A DNA stretch of 64,000 bases from an uncultured bacterium (GTDB lineage: Bacteria; Patescibacteriota; Minisyncoccia; Phycocordibacterales; PALSA-1337). Position 1 is the stretch's first letter; the number at the start of each line of letters is the position of its first letter. The notes under the pieces were generated by a model. It was not told the origin of the DNA. It saw nothing but the letters and a program-made list of their open reading frames with translations, and ran no database searches. The stretch is taken from NCBI GenBank assembly GCA_903872035.1, contig CAIQIZ010000021.1, forward strand, positions 18,157 to 82,156, read 5' to 3'. The translations under genes and the position numbers were made by a program. Below, piece after piece: positions 1 to 10,736 of this stretch.

Positions 1-1182
1 GATCAGCAAGTGGATGAGACTCGACAAGCCAGATTTGATCCTATCTCTCATACGCTCCCCCGGGATGAAAAATACCCATATTTTCCTAAAGCATAGAGCC
101 ATCCGCCAGGCACGGGAACGATAGATGCTATTCAGCTCATAGGATTTGGTTTCAAGCTGTGCTTCTGTATATATCAATTTTTTTGAGATCAGGTCAAGGT
201 GTGATCTGGTATCATTCAAGTCAGCCTCAGCCATGGTAAAATTCTTTCTGGAACTTTCAAGCGCTGCTTTCGTTGAATCAAGAATGGCCGACTGATCTTT
301 GACGGAATCAGCAAACTTGGAGAATATCGATATGCTCGAAAATAATTCGTTTTCAAATAGTGGACGATATTTAACGCTTTTCGAATGATGGAATGTCAGG
401 ACGTCATAGTAATACACCGTCTTTTTATCTATGTCGCCGATCAATCTTTTGAGCTCCTTCTGATCGGACAGATCGATGATCTTCACTGGAATCCCATAGT
501 TGTCATAGAACAAAGCGTCATGATAACCGTTCTTGTGGAGATAATCGAAGACGTCCAGAGGTTCAGTATCAGTCACCGAATATAATTCGGGATCAAATTC
601 AAAATATATCACCGGTTTCGTCTCTTTGAGAAAGTTCTTCCCGCTTTTTAGGACGCTGAAGTCGAATCCGTCGGTATCGATCTTGAGTAGATTAGCCTTA
701 TCGAATGAAACGTGCTCATCTATCATTCTGTCCAAGCTTTTTATCCTCACACCGTTATGCGTGTCGGTTTTAAGACCTGGAACAATCCTAGCGGTCCCGT
801 GCTCACGATGAACCTCAAGTTTTTTGTTTTTTCGCGACTCTTCACCGCAATAACTTCCCTCTATGACGATCTTACTATCTGTGACACGGCTCGTATTAGT
901 TCTTAATAGCGGCAAAAAATCCTCATCTCCCTCAACGCACAGAAATGTTCCGGAGATTCTATCGGTGACAAGAAACACCGTGTCGCCAATATTCGCGCCA
1001 ATGTCTATCATTGTTAGATATCCGTCGATCTGGTTGATCTCTTCGGATATCCTCGGCAATGCTCGATCATAGGACGCTGAACCCGTATAATAAGTAGGCA
1101 GCTTATGAGAGGCCCGTATCTGCATGAACCTCTCACCGATCTTTTTCTCCACAATTGGATCTTTTTCGTCTTCTCTGGTCAT
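1..1182 (-). CDS. FkbM-family methyltransferase with coiled coil; runs off the left edge, probably a glycan chain-terminating or multidomain enzyme
   Basis: Not in the ORF track. Hand-translated from ATG 1182: MTREDEKDP...IDIGANIGDT...KIDTDGFD...IYFEFDP, then a coiled-coil stretch and YRSRAWR. Lies directly downstream of wzt. Confidence 0.8.
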   Translation of the reverse strand, partial: MTREDEKDPIVEKKIGERFMQIRASHKLPTYYTGSASYDRALPRISEEINQIDGYLTMIDIGANIGDTVFLVTDRISGTFLCVEGDEDFLPLLRTNTSRVTDSKIVIEGSYCGEESRKNKKLEVHREHGTARIVPGLKTDTHNGVRIKSLDRMIDEHVSFDKANLLKIDTDGFDFSVLKSGKNFLKETKPVIYFEFDPELYSVTDTEPLDVFDYLHKNGYHDALFYDNYGIPVKIIDLSDQKELKRLIGDIDKKTVYYYDVLTFHHSKSVKYRPLFENELFSSISIFSKFADSVKDQSAILDSTKAALESSRKNFTMAEADLNDTRSHLDLISKKLIYTEAQLETKSYELNSIYRSRAWRMALCFRKIWVFFIPGERMRDRIKSGLSSLIHLLI

Positions 1183-1186
1183 ATTG

Positions 1187-2476
1187 TTAGTTCCACTTAT
1201 AGCCTATATTCACCATGCCAAAATTCTTATCTTTGGAGAATACTTGGAAAGACTTCATCCTCGGAACATAATCGTAAGCGTTATGGACGTTATCACCATA
1301 TATAGCGAATCCGACATAATATGAATTCGTTCTCAGGGGGATATTTTTATAATCGACCTGACAATATCCATTCTTCTTGTATTTCTGGGTGTCGACCTCA
1401 TCCATAAAAGTATTGACCCCGAAAGCATAATTCCCATCGTCATTATATATTGCCAAGCCAAAATTCAATTCAGCGACTTCCTTGTGTTGCTTGAAATAGA
1501 CCCTGATCGACATATCATCTCCGCTTACAAAGACATTCTTCGGCTTACCATTCTTGTCGAGAAATTCCACACCCGTTATCACCACCGCCTTGCCGCCATC
1601 CCCGTCCCTTTCGGCATCCTCGGCTTTAGAACCTTTAGCGCCTTTTTGTTCTTTGATCCTAGCCATCTCTTGATCCCTCATAACCCTCCTCTCCTCATCT
1701 GACATATTCTGATAAATGTATCCGTTCGCCACCTCTTCAGCGCTGCCGATCATGACCACCTCGCCGCTACGGAGCAGCATGGCGCGATCACAATACTTCC
1801 GCATCGTGGAGATATCGTGAGTGACCAAGATGACAGTCTTGCCCATGTCTTTGTAGCGAACAAACTCCCGAAGACATTTTGATTGGAAATTGGAATCGCC
1901 GACTGCCAAAACCTCATCCATGAGAAGTATCTCGCGATTGGCATGGATGGCCACGGAAAAAGCCAGCCTGACTTGCATGCCGGAAGAATAATTTTTTATC
2001 TTCTGGTCAATGAATCGCTCTAATTCAGAAAATGCCACGATAGAATCGAATTTTTCATCGATCTCCTTCTCACAGAGGCCAAGGACGGTAGCATTCAGAT
2101 AGATATTGTCACGGCCAGAAAGTTCAGGATTGAAACCTATGCCAAGCTCGAGAAAGGGCGAGACTAGACCGTTGATATTTATCACGCCCTTGTTCGCGGT
2201 ATAAACGCCAGCCAAGATCTTTAACAAGGTCGATTTACCGCTTCCATTTCGGCCTATGATGCCAAAAAATTCTCCCTTTTTTACCTCGAATGAGACATCC
2301 TTCAAAGCGTAGAAAGATTCGTAGGAATTTCTTTTAAAGAAGTTGACGAAGGCGCTCCGTAAAGTGCTTATCTTTTCATGAGGGATCGTGAACTGTTTGA
2401 AAACGTTCTTAACAGAAATAGCGATGGGACGATCCTTTTTGCTCGCGGCTGAATTGTTATCGGTTGTTGATGTCAT
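1187..2476 (-). CDS. wzt: Polysaccharide ABC exporter ATPase with C-terminal Wzt_C-like carbohydrate-binding domain
   Basis: GRNGSGKST Walker A, YSSGMQVRLAF signature, DEVLAVGD, long C-terminal extension. Confidence 0.92.
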   Translation of the reverse strand: MTSTTDNNSAASKKDRPIAISVKNVFKQFTIPHEKISTLRSAFVNFFKRNSYESFYALKDVSFEVKKGEFFGIIGRNGSGKSTLLKILAGVYTANKGVININGLVSPFLELGIGFNPELSGRDNIYLNATVLGLCEKEIDEKFDSIVAFSELERFIDQKIKNYSSGMQVRLAFSVAIHANREILLMDEVLAVGDSNFQSKCLREFVRYKDMGKTVILVTHDISTMRKYCDRAMLLRSGEVVMIGSAEEVANGYIYQNMSDEERRVMRDQEMARIKEQKGAKGSKAEDAERDGDGGKAVVITGVEFLDKNGKPKNVFVSGDDMSIRVYFKQHKEVAELNFGLAIYNDDGNYAFGVNTFMDEVDTQKYKKNGYCQVDYKNIPLRTNSYYVGFAIYGDNVHNAYDYVPRMKSFQVFSKDKNFGMVNIGYKWN

Positions 2477-3267
2477 ATGAGTTCGGCAACAGTCTTTTCG
2501 TATTTCCGGAAGACTAGGAACGCGATCACTCCGGCCAAGACGATCCCGGCGACCATAGCCATGAAATGCCAGAATGTGGTGTAGTTGTTATTGATCAATC
2601 CTTGTTTGGAATAATTCACAATAAAAGCAAACGGGTTGAGTAAGATGATCTGCCAATATCTGACGGGTAAGGATGTCAGCGGATATATGACAGGCGATGC
2701 ATACATTATGACCGAAAGAAGCACTTCCCAGATCGTCGACAAGTCGCGAAACCGGACATAGAATGGCGCTGTCAGGAAAGAGAAAGCCACCGCCAAGATA
2801 TAGAGGAGCAGTGCGTATACAATGAACATGGCCACACCGCCCAAGGTAGGTATTCTGCCATAATATACAAAGAACAGAGCCAAAACGATCAGGTTCATGC
2901 CGAAGACGAACAGAGCATTCATTGTCGATCCCAAAACAATAGTCCAACGAGGCACATAGATCTTGGTCACAAGTTGCGCTTTGTTGACGAGCGACATGAG
3001 GCCAGTCATGGTAGCTTCAGAGAAGAATTGAAAAAGGAGCAACGCAGTCAATAGTTCCAATGGATAATATGGCGTACCGGAATTACGGAAATTGAAAATG
3101 GACGAAAAGACAAAGTTTAAAATAGTGAACATAAGGAGCGGCTTCAAGATCACCCAGACATAGCCGAGGACGCTACCATGGTAACGGAGCTTGAAATCGG
3201 TCTTGGCTATGCGCATCACCAATTCCCGGTAATTTTCGTGGCTTTTAGTCATAAAGCGGCTAGGCAT
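2473..3267 (-). CDS. wzm: Polysaccharide ABC exporter permease
   Basis: DFKLRYHGSVLGYVW, FRDL, ASPVIYP and LNP motifs; six TM segments; overlaps the wzt start. Confidence 0.92.
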   Translation of the reverse strand: MPSRFMTKSHENYRELVMRIAKTDFKLRYHGSVLGYVWVILKPLLMFTILNFVFSSIFNFRNSGTPYYPLELLTALLLFQFFSEATMTGLMSLVNKAQLVTKIYVPRWTIVLGSTMNALFVFGMNLIVLALFFVYYGRIPTLGGVAMFIVYALLLYILAVAFSFLTAPFYVRFRDLSTIWEVLLSVIMYASPVIYPLTSLPVRYWQIILLNPFAFIVNYSKQGLINNNYTTFWHFMAMVAGIVLAGVIAFLVFRKYEKTVAELI

Positions 3268-3359
3268 TGCTATTCATTTATAGCACCGCCATGGCCTAAA
3301 GTATAGCATTTTGTCGTCCTATATCCCCTTGTTGAGAAGCGTCCTGGTCTAGACTGCTA

Positions 3360-5561
3360 CTATTTTTGCATTAGCTTGATCATTCCGTCCACACCTGTTT
3401 TTAGTTCCGGATGAACGCTCTCGAGTATCAATAACGTCTGAATAGCTTGTTGCACCATCCCTTGAGAATATTCCATCTGCGCCTGAGCAATCACGATATT
3501 CGCATCATCAGAAAAGAACGTCACGCCTTTGAATAGAACAAACAGCTTATTGGAATCATTGCTAGTAGCATAACTCTGGACATTTTTCAAAGTAGTGTTG
3601 AACAATGCGTCATTAGGGAGTATTGCATGAGCTTGAACATCATTACCCGCCAACTGAAGCGCGATAGCGTAGGCTTTTGCCACCTGAACATATTGTGGAG
3701 TAGCATCATATGCCTCTTTCAAGACCTTCACAGCTTGGTCATATTTCTTCATATATATGAGGTCGGCTGCAAACTCAAAATCGAACATCTGTCTAGCAGG
3801 TGATAATTCATGGGCTTTGGAAAGATAGGTTTCTGCGGCACCGATTTGACCAGTTTGATTTAGAGATAACCCGGCAAAATAATAGCTCCGCGCGTCTAGA
3901 GGTGTCGATCTGATTTGATTCGCCATCTCTCGACTGGCTAATTCGGTAAATTCCTGTTTGCGGTCTCTTGTAAAATCCGCATCCCAGTACGAACCGACAA
4001 AACATGAATACAATTGCTCTCGCGCCTCCTGTTCGATCATATACACGTTCGAATCAACAACCTTACGGAACGCTTCTATATTCACATCCTTGCTGCCGCA
4101 GGTGCCAACGGCGATAACTATTTCCCGAGCAACAACGATCTGTTTCGCCGAAAAGAAGTAGATCGTGACCGCCAACAATATCGTCAGTACCGGCAAAGCG
4201 ACATAATTTACAACCTCCCGCTTCATCGGGTTCGCACCGAACCATTTTATCTGGCGACCTTCTCTAAATGCGTTAACATACGCGAGCAACGCAAAGAATG
4301 GGACGTAACTGCCCAGATTGTCAAAAACAAAAAGATTGTTTATAGCATAAGCGACGAGAAGACCGGTTAGAATGCTTTTTTCGCCGATACTTGATAGCGA
4401 TTTCCAGATATAGATAATAAACAATATGTAAAGCATCAAGTATGATAAGAGACCGACAATGCCGGAATCGACCAAAGTATCGAGAAAGACGTTATGTGCG
4501 CGATCAAACCATTGTTCTTGGCCATCCATAGCCGGATTATAATGTTCTTGAAATACATAACTGAAATTTTCTTGTCCCCACCCCAGAATCGGCCTCTCCA
4601 TCGCGCCTTTCAGAGCCATCGGCCAAATGTATAGCCTCGACTGATTTGAGGCGTCACTGATCGAAATCGAGGCGAATCTATTCAAGATTGGACTATTTCG
4701 TATAAATGAAGCATTTCGGTTCAACCAGAAAATACATCCCGCGATCAATAGTAGGCCTATGATTCCCGCCGAGATCCAGCGCAATTTGTTCGACTCGCTC
4801 TTCCTGAATATCGCAAACAAGATCAGAGCTGATAAAAGGCCCCCTACGAGACCCAAGATCGCAGCCCGCGTCTGTGTTTCAAAAATGACAAAGCTGAATA
4901 GGACAACAAGAATGATATACGCCCACCGAAACGACTTATTCGACTCGATGTTCTTGTTGGACAGGATAGCTTTTGACTTGGCGACAATAAATAGATACAG
5001 AGAAATAAAGACATTGAAAATCATATAGACAGCCAGAAATTCGGCATTGCCGAATGACGCATCTAATCGGCCGAAATCTTTATGGAAACTTACCCAGCCT
5101 AATAATTGAAATAGGCCATAGATCGCCACGACACCGGCAACAAGCAAAGAAAAGTTCAACCATCTACGCCACAGAAGTTTTCCATCTTCACTGGCGCCGA
5201 ACACGCTAGTTATGACTATATAGAAAGCCCATAGATGAATAATCGTTATCCAACCGTCCATACGTTCAAGGTTCGACCATAAGCTACGCAAGACTTCGAC
5301 TCCAAGCAAGTCCGCGATAAGCGCGACGATCGCGAATATGCTCACGGCAATAGATAGTGACGACAACTTAGGCCTATATTTCGCATCCAATAAAGCCAGC
5401 GAGACCCAGCCGACAAAAGCTATTTCTACGATTACCCTAAAAAAGAAGGCTTTTCCGGTAATGAAAGGAAAAATGAAAGATTTCGTGACGATCAACGGAA
5501 ATATCGGCACGAGAAATAATGCCGCAATCGTGATATATCTAATTATCTTTTTTGATTCCAT
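3360..5561 (-). CDS. O-antigen ligase / O-oligosaccharyltransferase (Wzy_C) family protein with C-terminal TPRs
   Basis: Multi-TM; TQTRAAILG, SRLYIW, GWGQENF and DRAHNVFLD motifs; TPR-like tail. Confidence 0.85.
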   Translation of the reverse strand: MESKKIIRYITIAALFLVPIFPLIVTKSFIFPFITGKAFFFRVIVEIAFVGWVSLALLDAKYRPKLSSLSIAVSIFAIVALIADLLGVEVLRSLWSNLERMDGWITIIHLWAFYIVITSVFGASEDGKLLWRRWLNFSLLVAGVVAIYGLFQLLGWVSFHKDFGRLDASFGNAEFLAVYMIFNVFISLYLFIVAKSKAILSNKNIESNKSFRWAYIILVVLFSFVIFETQTRAAILGLVGGLLSALILFAIFRKSESNKLRWISAGIIGLLLIAGCIFWLNRNASFIRNSPILNRFASISISDASNQSRLYIWPMALKGAMERPILGWGQENFSYVFQEHYNPAMDGQEQWFDRAHNVFLDTLVDSGIVGLLSYLMLYILFIIYIWKSLSSIGEKSILTGLLVAYAINNLFVFDNLGSYVPFFALLAYVNAFREGRQIKWFGANPMKREVVNYVALPVLTILLAVTIYFFSAKQIVVAREIVIAVGTCGSKDVNIEAFRKVVDSNVYMIEQEAREQLYSCFVGSYWDADFTRDRKQEFTELASREMANQIRSTPLDARSYYFAGLSLNQTGQIGAAETYLSKAHELSPARQMFDFEFAADLIYMKKYDQAVKVLKEAYDATPQYVQVAKAYAIALQLAGNDVQAHAILPNDALFNTTLKNVQSYATSNDSNKLFVLFKGVTFFSDDANIVIAQAQMEYSQGMVQQAIQTLLILESVHPELKTGVDGMIKLMQK

Positions 5562-5576
5562 ATAGCTTAACATTCT

Positions 5577-7109
5577 TTATATGCCCTTATTTAGGAGTGC
5601 CCTAGTCGCCGGACCGACAACGCCGATAACGGTCAAACCGTTCTTTTTCTGAAAAGCTTCCACGGCAGATTTTGTTTGCAAACCAAAATATCCAGTAGGA
5701 GAACTAGAAAAAAATCCGTCCGCTTTTAGCCTCTGCTGTAATGCCAGAACTTCGCGGTCAGATACTCCGTAGTCAGTCATGCCTGGATACAAATATTTTG
5801 TGAAGCTGCCGGCAAATGATTGGCCAGGCGAGACGGCGATCGCGCTTTGTGCCCCGGATACCGTGCTTACAGGAGCATTCTGTGTAGAATCACCGATCCA
5901 TAGATAACTATGTCCTACCCTACCAGAAAGATCGGTGAAAGAAATAGCGACAGCTAAAGGCAAAACGTCACTCGCGGAAGGCTTGTACGAGGTATAATAA
6001 AGTCCGTTACTTCCCTGCGTCACGGCAGTCTGTGATCCGCCGATCTTCACTTGCACATTGTTGACAGAGACGTTCGCGCCAAAATTGAGAGAGATCGTAC
6101 TGTTTCCGCCGAAAAACAACCCGCCGGAGTTATTCGATGATATTGTCAAAGTGGAAAGTTGCGGCGGTTCATTAAACCCGGAAACGACTGGCGTCTGGAG
6201 CACGGTTTGGTTCGGTATAGCGCTTCCTGATGCCAACGAGTTCACGGTGATAGATCCGCACAGATATCCCTGGGCGCATACCGAGACGGTGGCTTGACCG
6301 ATAGTGGTACCCTTCAAAACCAAATTGGTGCCATCTATACTGGCGGTGATCGCATCTTTATTCGTATTTGCTGGGGTACTATATGTTCCAGGGCCATAAA
6401 TGCTGATCGTTTGTGCCGGCTGACCAACGACGACATAAGCTTGCGGCAGACTGAACGAGATTGCCTGTGTCGGAGCAGTGATCGAGACACTTAAAGTAGC
6501 GCACCCGGCTGTTGACGCACAGATCGAAATAGTCGACGAACCAGCATTAAGTCCGGTTACGAGCACCGAATTGTTCGAGGTTTGCACAGCAGTAGAAACC
6601 ACTGACAAATTAGAATTCCCTTGGACGGATAGAGCGTTGCCTGTATTCATAGGAAAGATATTCTTGCTCTGTCCGACGACCAAAGAGATATTTTGATCGG
6701 AAAGCGTCAACGAGCCTGTCTGGCCCGACGAACTGACAGAGGCCGGCCAGGAGACCTTGGAAGAATTGGCGCCATCAACCGAAACATATACAGAGACTCC
6801 GCCAGTCAGGCCGTAAGAATTCGGCGCAACGCCAACCGTAAAGGAACCTGCCGAGTTTGTTTGTCCAATATCTATAGATGTATAAGTCACGCTGTTCGTA
6901 CTGTTCGTATAAGAATTTGGGTAATAGAAAGTCACCGTCGCATTCTGGTCTGCTCCAGACACTGAAATATTCACCGATGAAGCGGTATTTATAAGCTCCA
7001 ACGTCGGAACAGATGCGGCTAACGTCAACTTACATTGCACAAGCAAGAAAATTGCCGCTAGAACGATGCCCGACGTGAGCGCTGGAATAGTTTTTGAGGT
7101 GAACTTCAT
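5577..7109 (-). CDS. Secreted S/T-rich surface protein with C-terminal peptidoglycan-binding domain
   Basis: Signal peptide; VLALQQRL...TGYFGLQTKSAVEAFQ...GVVGPATRALLN. Confidence 0.8.
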   Translation of the reverse strand: MKFTSKTIPALTSGIVLAAIFLLVQCKLTLAASVPTLELINTASSVNISVSGADQNATVTFYYPNSYTNSTNSVTYTSIDIGQTNSAGSFTVGVAPNSYGLTGGVSVYVSVDGANSSKVSWPASVSSSGQTGSLTLSDQNISLVVGQSKNIFPMNTGNALSVQGNSNLSVVSTAVQTSNNSVLVTGLNAGSSTISICASTAGCATLSVSITAPTQAISFSLPQAYVVVGQPAQTISIYGPGTYSTPANTNKDAITASIDGTNLVLKGTTIGQATVSVCAQGYLCGSITVNSLASGSAIPNQTVLQTPVVSGFNEPPQLSTLTISSNNSGGLFFGGNSTISLNFGANVSVNNVQVKIGGSQTAVTQGSNGLYYTSYKPSASDVLPLAVAISFTDLSGRVGHSYLWIGDSTQNAPVSTVSGAQSAIAVSPGQSFAGSFTKYLYPGMTDYGVSDREVLALQQRLKADGFFSSSPTGYFGLQTKSAVEAFQKKNGLTVIGVVGPATRALLNKGI

Positions 7110-7131
7110 GAGTGTATCTTATGATTCATAA

Positions 7132-8178
7132 TTATTGTGACACAGAAACAGTAAAAGATAATGTTACCGGCTGTGAGTTCTGTCCGTCATTGACATATAT
7201 CGTATGCGGACCAGTCGGAACATTGGCTGGAACCGTAAATACCAACACAGTTCCATCAGAAGATATATACTGATTTGTAGCACGCAGACTGGAATTGTTT
7301 GCGTCAAAATAGACAGAAGCCGAAGGGGTAAATCCCGAACCGAGCAACACAACTGAAGTCGCATCATCGGCAAAGGCGGACGCCGGCATTATTCTGCTCA
7401 CACTTAATTGCGAAGCAACGACAGTGAACCATCCGCTCGTTAGATCCGCCGGACTGGAGCCGGCATTCGTGCCCTGCAGCCGGATCCTATACGTTCCAGC
7501 CGAAAGAGTCTGATAAGAATTAGCTGATGGGGTCAGGATCTTTCCAACCTTCCAGAGATATTGATTTCCGTTTGTTCCGGAAGATTGATCCTGCGCTATG
7601 AATCCCACACCCATGCCACCGGGCTGCTCCAGAGTTATATTATAATTCCCCGCCGGAGCCTTGTCCCATCTTATGACCGTGGAGCTACCTATAGACAGTA
7701 CCTGACCGGTAGTAGGAGATGTGACGGAACCGGTCGGAATCGATGGCACAGATGCCGTAACTGGTACTTTTATTGTTGGAGTTGAAGCAGGTGTTGCGCC
7801 TTGAACTGAAGATACGCACGTTTTTTTACTAAGCAAGGCACGTGTCATTGGACCTACATAACCAGTTGAAGAAATGTTGTTTGTAAGCTGAAACGCCTTG
7901 ACCGCAGATACTGTCGCTGGTCCAAAATATCCTGTCGGAGTCGCGGCTAGGAAACTCGAGTCGCGCAAGTAGCTTTGAAGTTGATAAACGGGGCCGCCAG
8001 AAAAGCCGTCGGCTGTACCCACACCTATGTCCGAATTCAGATTTATGCATGTCGCTCCATAGACACGATCCGTAACGCCGATAAATATGCCCACCAAAAA
8101 GATAATAGCGACAACCGTTTTATCGACGATCGGTCTTGAACTATTGGAGAGCCATGTATGCACAAATAACTTATTCAT
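7132..8178 (-). CDS. Surface protein with peptidoglycan-binding domain and C-terminal IPT/TIG-like domain
   Basis: LQSYL...TGYFGPATVSAVKAFQ...TGYVGPMTRALL; C-terminal VVLLGSGF...LVFTVP. Confidence 0.75.
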   Translation of the reverse strand: MNKLFVHTWLSNSSRPIVDKTVVAIIFLVGIFIGVTDRVYGATCINLNSDIGVGTADGFSGGPVYQLQSYLRDSSFLAATPTGYFGPATVSAVKAFQLTNNISSTGYVGPMTRALLSKKTCVSSVQGATPASTPTIKVPVTASVPSIPTGSVTSPTTGQVLSIGSSTVIRWDKAPAGNYNITLEQPGGMGVGFIAQDQSSGTNGNQYLWKVGKILTPSANSYQTLSAGTYRIRLQGTNAGSSPADLTSGWFTVVASQLSVSRIMPASAFADDATSVVLLGSGFTPSASVYFDANNSSLRATNQYISSDGTVLVFTVPANVPTGPHTIYVNDGQNSQPVTLSFTVSVSQ

Positions 8179-8220
8179 TTCACCACCAATTATACACGTA
8201 ACCGGGCGATTTGGACAACA

Positions 8221-8250
8221 CAAAAACCGCCCTAGAAGGGCGGTTTTTGT
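8221..8250. terminator. Bidirectional intrinsic terminator
   Basis: caaaaaccgccct-aga-agggcggtttttg. Confidence 0.8.
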
Positions 8251-8314
8251 TCCAACATTGTGACCCGTTGGGAGGAGACTCTAAGCTACACGACTACTAA
8301 CTGACCCAGATGGG

Positions 8315-10159
8315 TTAGAAGTTAGCCGTAGCGTATAGAGTGTTTCCAATCGTAGGAGCCGATAGAGAACCTGCGCCTGTAACCGCGCTACCATTCCAAC
8401 CAGTTTCATACTTCAAAGCAGTGATGCTATAAGTACCCTTTACAGTTCCAGGAAGACCGCTTGCGGACTCTGTAACGGTGAAGGTCTTTGTATTACCCGC
8501 ATCGACATAGAAGTGAGCCGATCCACCACTTGTAGTATCACCTGTAGAATCGTTATCGCGGAAGCTGACATTTGTCCATGTTCCAGTTCCCGTTGTAGCA
8601 GCTGTGACCGCATTGGCATAATTCGCATCTACGAAGATCGGATTATTTCCAGCAGTCAAGCTGTAGACGAAGTAGAATGTCTGAGACGATGAAACGTTCG
8701 CTATTGCTCCAGGAACAGAATCATGAGTAACAGCCAAACCACTCTGTGACACACCTGAATCTGCGAACGTCAAGACGTTGCTATTCGGGGTGATCGTGTT
8801 AACAGCGAGCGTGTTGTAAGAATTGTCGATAACGCTCGGGTTGTTTCCAGAAGCACCTGCTGTTCCAACAGCCACAATGCTTGTCGAGGCCATCAAACCA
8901 TTCAATGAGCCGCCAACTCTTCCTGCTGTATCGGCATTGACATTTGCGTAGACTGACACCGGAGTCCAGACATCGGCAGATAGCGGTATCACCAAGCTTG
9001 TGAAGTGCGCTACGGTTATGGCTGCATTCGAATTATCTATCGAGCTTGCAGAATATGTCTTACCTGCCGCCGAAATAGATATCGTGCCGAAAAGGTTAGC
9101 CACATTGCTGTTAGTGCTGATAGTGACATCCAGGCTCTGCATTGTTGAATTCACATTGGCAGACTTGACATCGTATATAGCCAAGAGAACATTATTGGTA
9201 TTAACCGATGTCGAGATCTGCACGTTTCCTGTTGTCGGTTGAGTGCTGTCAGACTTTACATTGATCTGACCAATGTTCGAACCTTGATAGGTGAACGAAC
9301 GCGCGGCAGATACAGTCTCTGTATCTGTCACACCGGTTCCGTCAACTGCACGGACTGATGCTCCGAGGATACTGATCGGGCACGAACCTGTCGGACAACG
9401 ATCTGAGCTCGGAAGGAATGACATATTGACTGTGATGTACTTACTCTGTGCGGCCTTAACAACGAAGCTAGCAGGAACGGTGATGCGATAATCGCTACCG
9501 GCTGTAAGCTCAACAAAGCTTGAAGCAGTCAAGTTGTTAACTGATCCAACGACAGCGCCTGTTTCATCCTTGAGGGTGATTGTGCCTGCGTAGAGCCAGA
9601 TATAGTTGTTAAAATCAAACGTGAAGCCGGAGACTGCCATATCGGAAGCTCCTGCCTGAAGTTTGTATGATGCAACATCATAAGCACTACCCTTGTAGGC
9701 TGAAACACCTGAAGGGGAAGACCACAGTGAGGCCGAGAGGATACCCGGTACACCAACGGTGGTGATACCAACCGTAGTGCCAGTGACCGGAGTCGTGCCT
9801 GTGAGCGGGGTACAATTGTATCCGACTGGACACTGAACGACTGGGGTTCCACCAGTGACTACTGTGCTACCTGCATTCAACTTTCCGCGTGTCAAAGGAC
9901 CGACGAAGCCGGTCGCAGGAAGACCAACGGATGTCTGATAAGCAACAACGGCAGCCTTGGTCTTAGCACCAAAGAATCCTTGGGCCACGCCAGCTGGCAT
10001 GGTGAGGAAGTTATTGGCGACGAGCCAAGTCTGAAGAGCTACAACGTCCTGACCAGTCGAACCAACGGTCAAGTTGTTCGAGAAGGTGTAACCTTGAGCG
10101 CTTGCGATCATGGTGAAGGCCAAAACGGCGATACCAGATGCAATAAGAACTTTTTTCAT
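8315..10159 (-). CDS. Large secreted surface protein (S-layer-like) with N-terminal peptidoglycan-binding domain
   Basis: Signal peptide MKKVLIA...; LTVGSTGQDVVALQ...GFFGAKTKAAVVAYQ...TGFVGPLTR; T/S/A/V-rich beta body. Confidence 0.75.
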   Translation of the reverse strand: MKKVLIASGIAVLAFTMIASAQGYTFSNNLTVGSTGQDVVALQTWLVANNFLTMPAGVAQGFFGAKTKAAVVAYQTSVGLPATGFVGPLTRGKLNAGSTVVTGGTPVVQCPVGYNCTPLTGTTPVTGTTVGITTVGVPGILSASLWSSPSGVSAYKGSAYDVASYKLQAGASDMAVSGFTFDFNNYIWLYAGTITLKDETGAVVGSVNNLTASSFVELTAGSDYRITVPASFVVKAAQSKYITVNMSFLPSSDRCPTGSCPISILGASVRAVDGTGVTDTETVSAARSFTYQGSNIGQINVKSDSTQPTTGNVQISTSVNTNNVLLAIYDVKSANVNSTMQSLDVTISTNSNVANLFGTISISAAGKTYSASSIDNSNAAITVAHFTSLVIPLSADVWTPVSVYANVNADTAGRVGGSLNGLMASTSIVAVGTAGASGNNPSVIDNSYNTLAVNTITPNSNVLTFADSGVSQSGLAVTHDSVPGAIANVSSSQTFYFVYSLTAGNNPIFVDANYANAVTAATTGTGTWTNVSFRDNDSTGDTTSGGSAHFYVDAGNTKTFTVTESASGLPGTVKGTYSITALKYETGWNGSAVTGAGSLSAPTIGNTLYATANF

Positions 10160-10648
10160 ATCTATTTTTATAATTAAACGCATCTCTCCTATTATTAATA
10201 ATCGAAGGAGATTTTAATGCGGTTTGTAAACTAAACTGCTTACTAATTAATAATTGCCACTTCTTCCCGATCCGCGCTATCGACACGCGTCACGAAAAGG
10301 ATTTGTGGGCGAAACATGATGACTGAATCTGAAGATTGAAAATTGAAAAATTAAAAATAATTCAACTTCCAAAAGACAAATCCAATCGGACTTGCAAACA
10401 TACTTTTGTTGTAGTTTTCAAGGTCCATTCCCCATGCATGCCGCTTCGGCATATGCCTTGGGACGAGGGTACAATTTTCCGCACTACTTTGTTTAATAGG
10501 CGGGAATTACACACTCGTTACAAGCCATTATAGCCCACAACACTACGAATCTGCAAAAAGAGCCATGTGGATAAGTTTCCAAGCAATTTGGGTAAATATA
10601 GGTTAAATACGGCCGAAAGTCAAGGAAAGGTGCCAAAAACCACATAAG

Positions 10649-10728
10649 AGCGCCCTTTTGGCGCCGCAGGATTTTCCCTTCGTTGCGCTTCGCGCAAGTC
10701 GGGAAAACTGCTCCGCCAAGCGGGCGCT
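10649..10728. repeat. Hairpin repeat family 2, intergenic copy
   Basis: Nested stems agcgccc/gggcgct, ttttccc/gggaaaa and ttgcgc/gcgcaa; homologous to the recO insert at 33438-33511. Confidence 0.7.
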
Positions 10729-10736
10729 ATAATCCG

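Noticed and set aside
10566-10574. DnaA box tgtggataa as part of oriC
   Set aside because: Isolated box with no cluster and no dnaA/dnaN nearby
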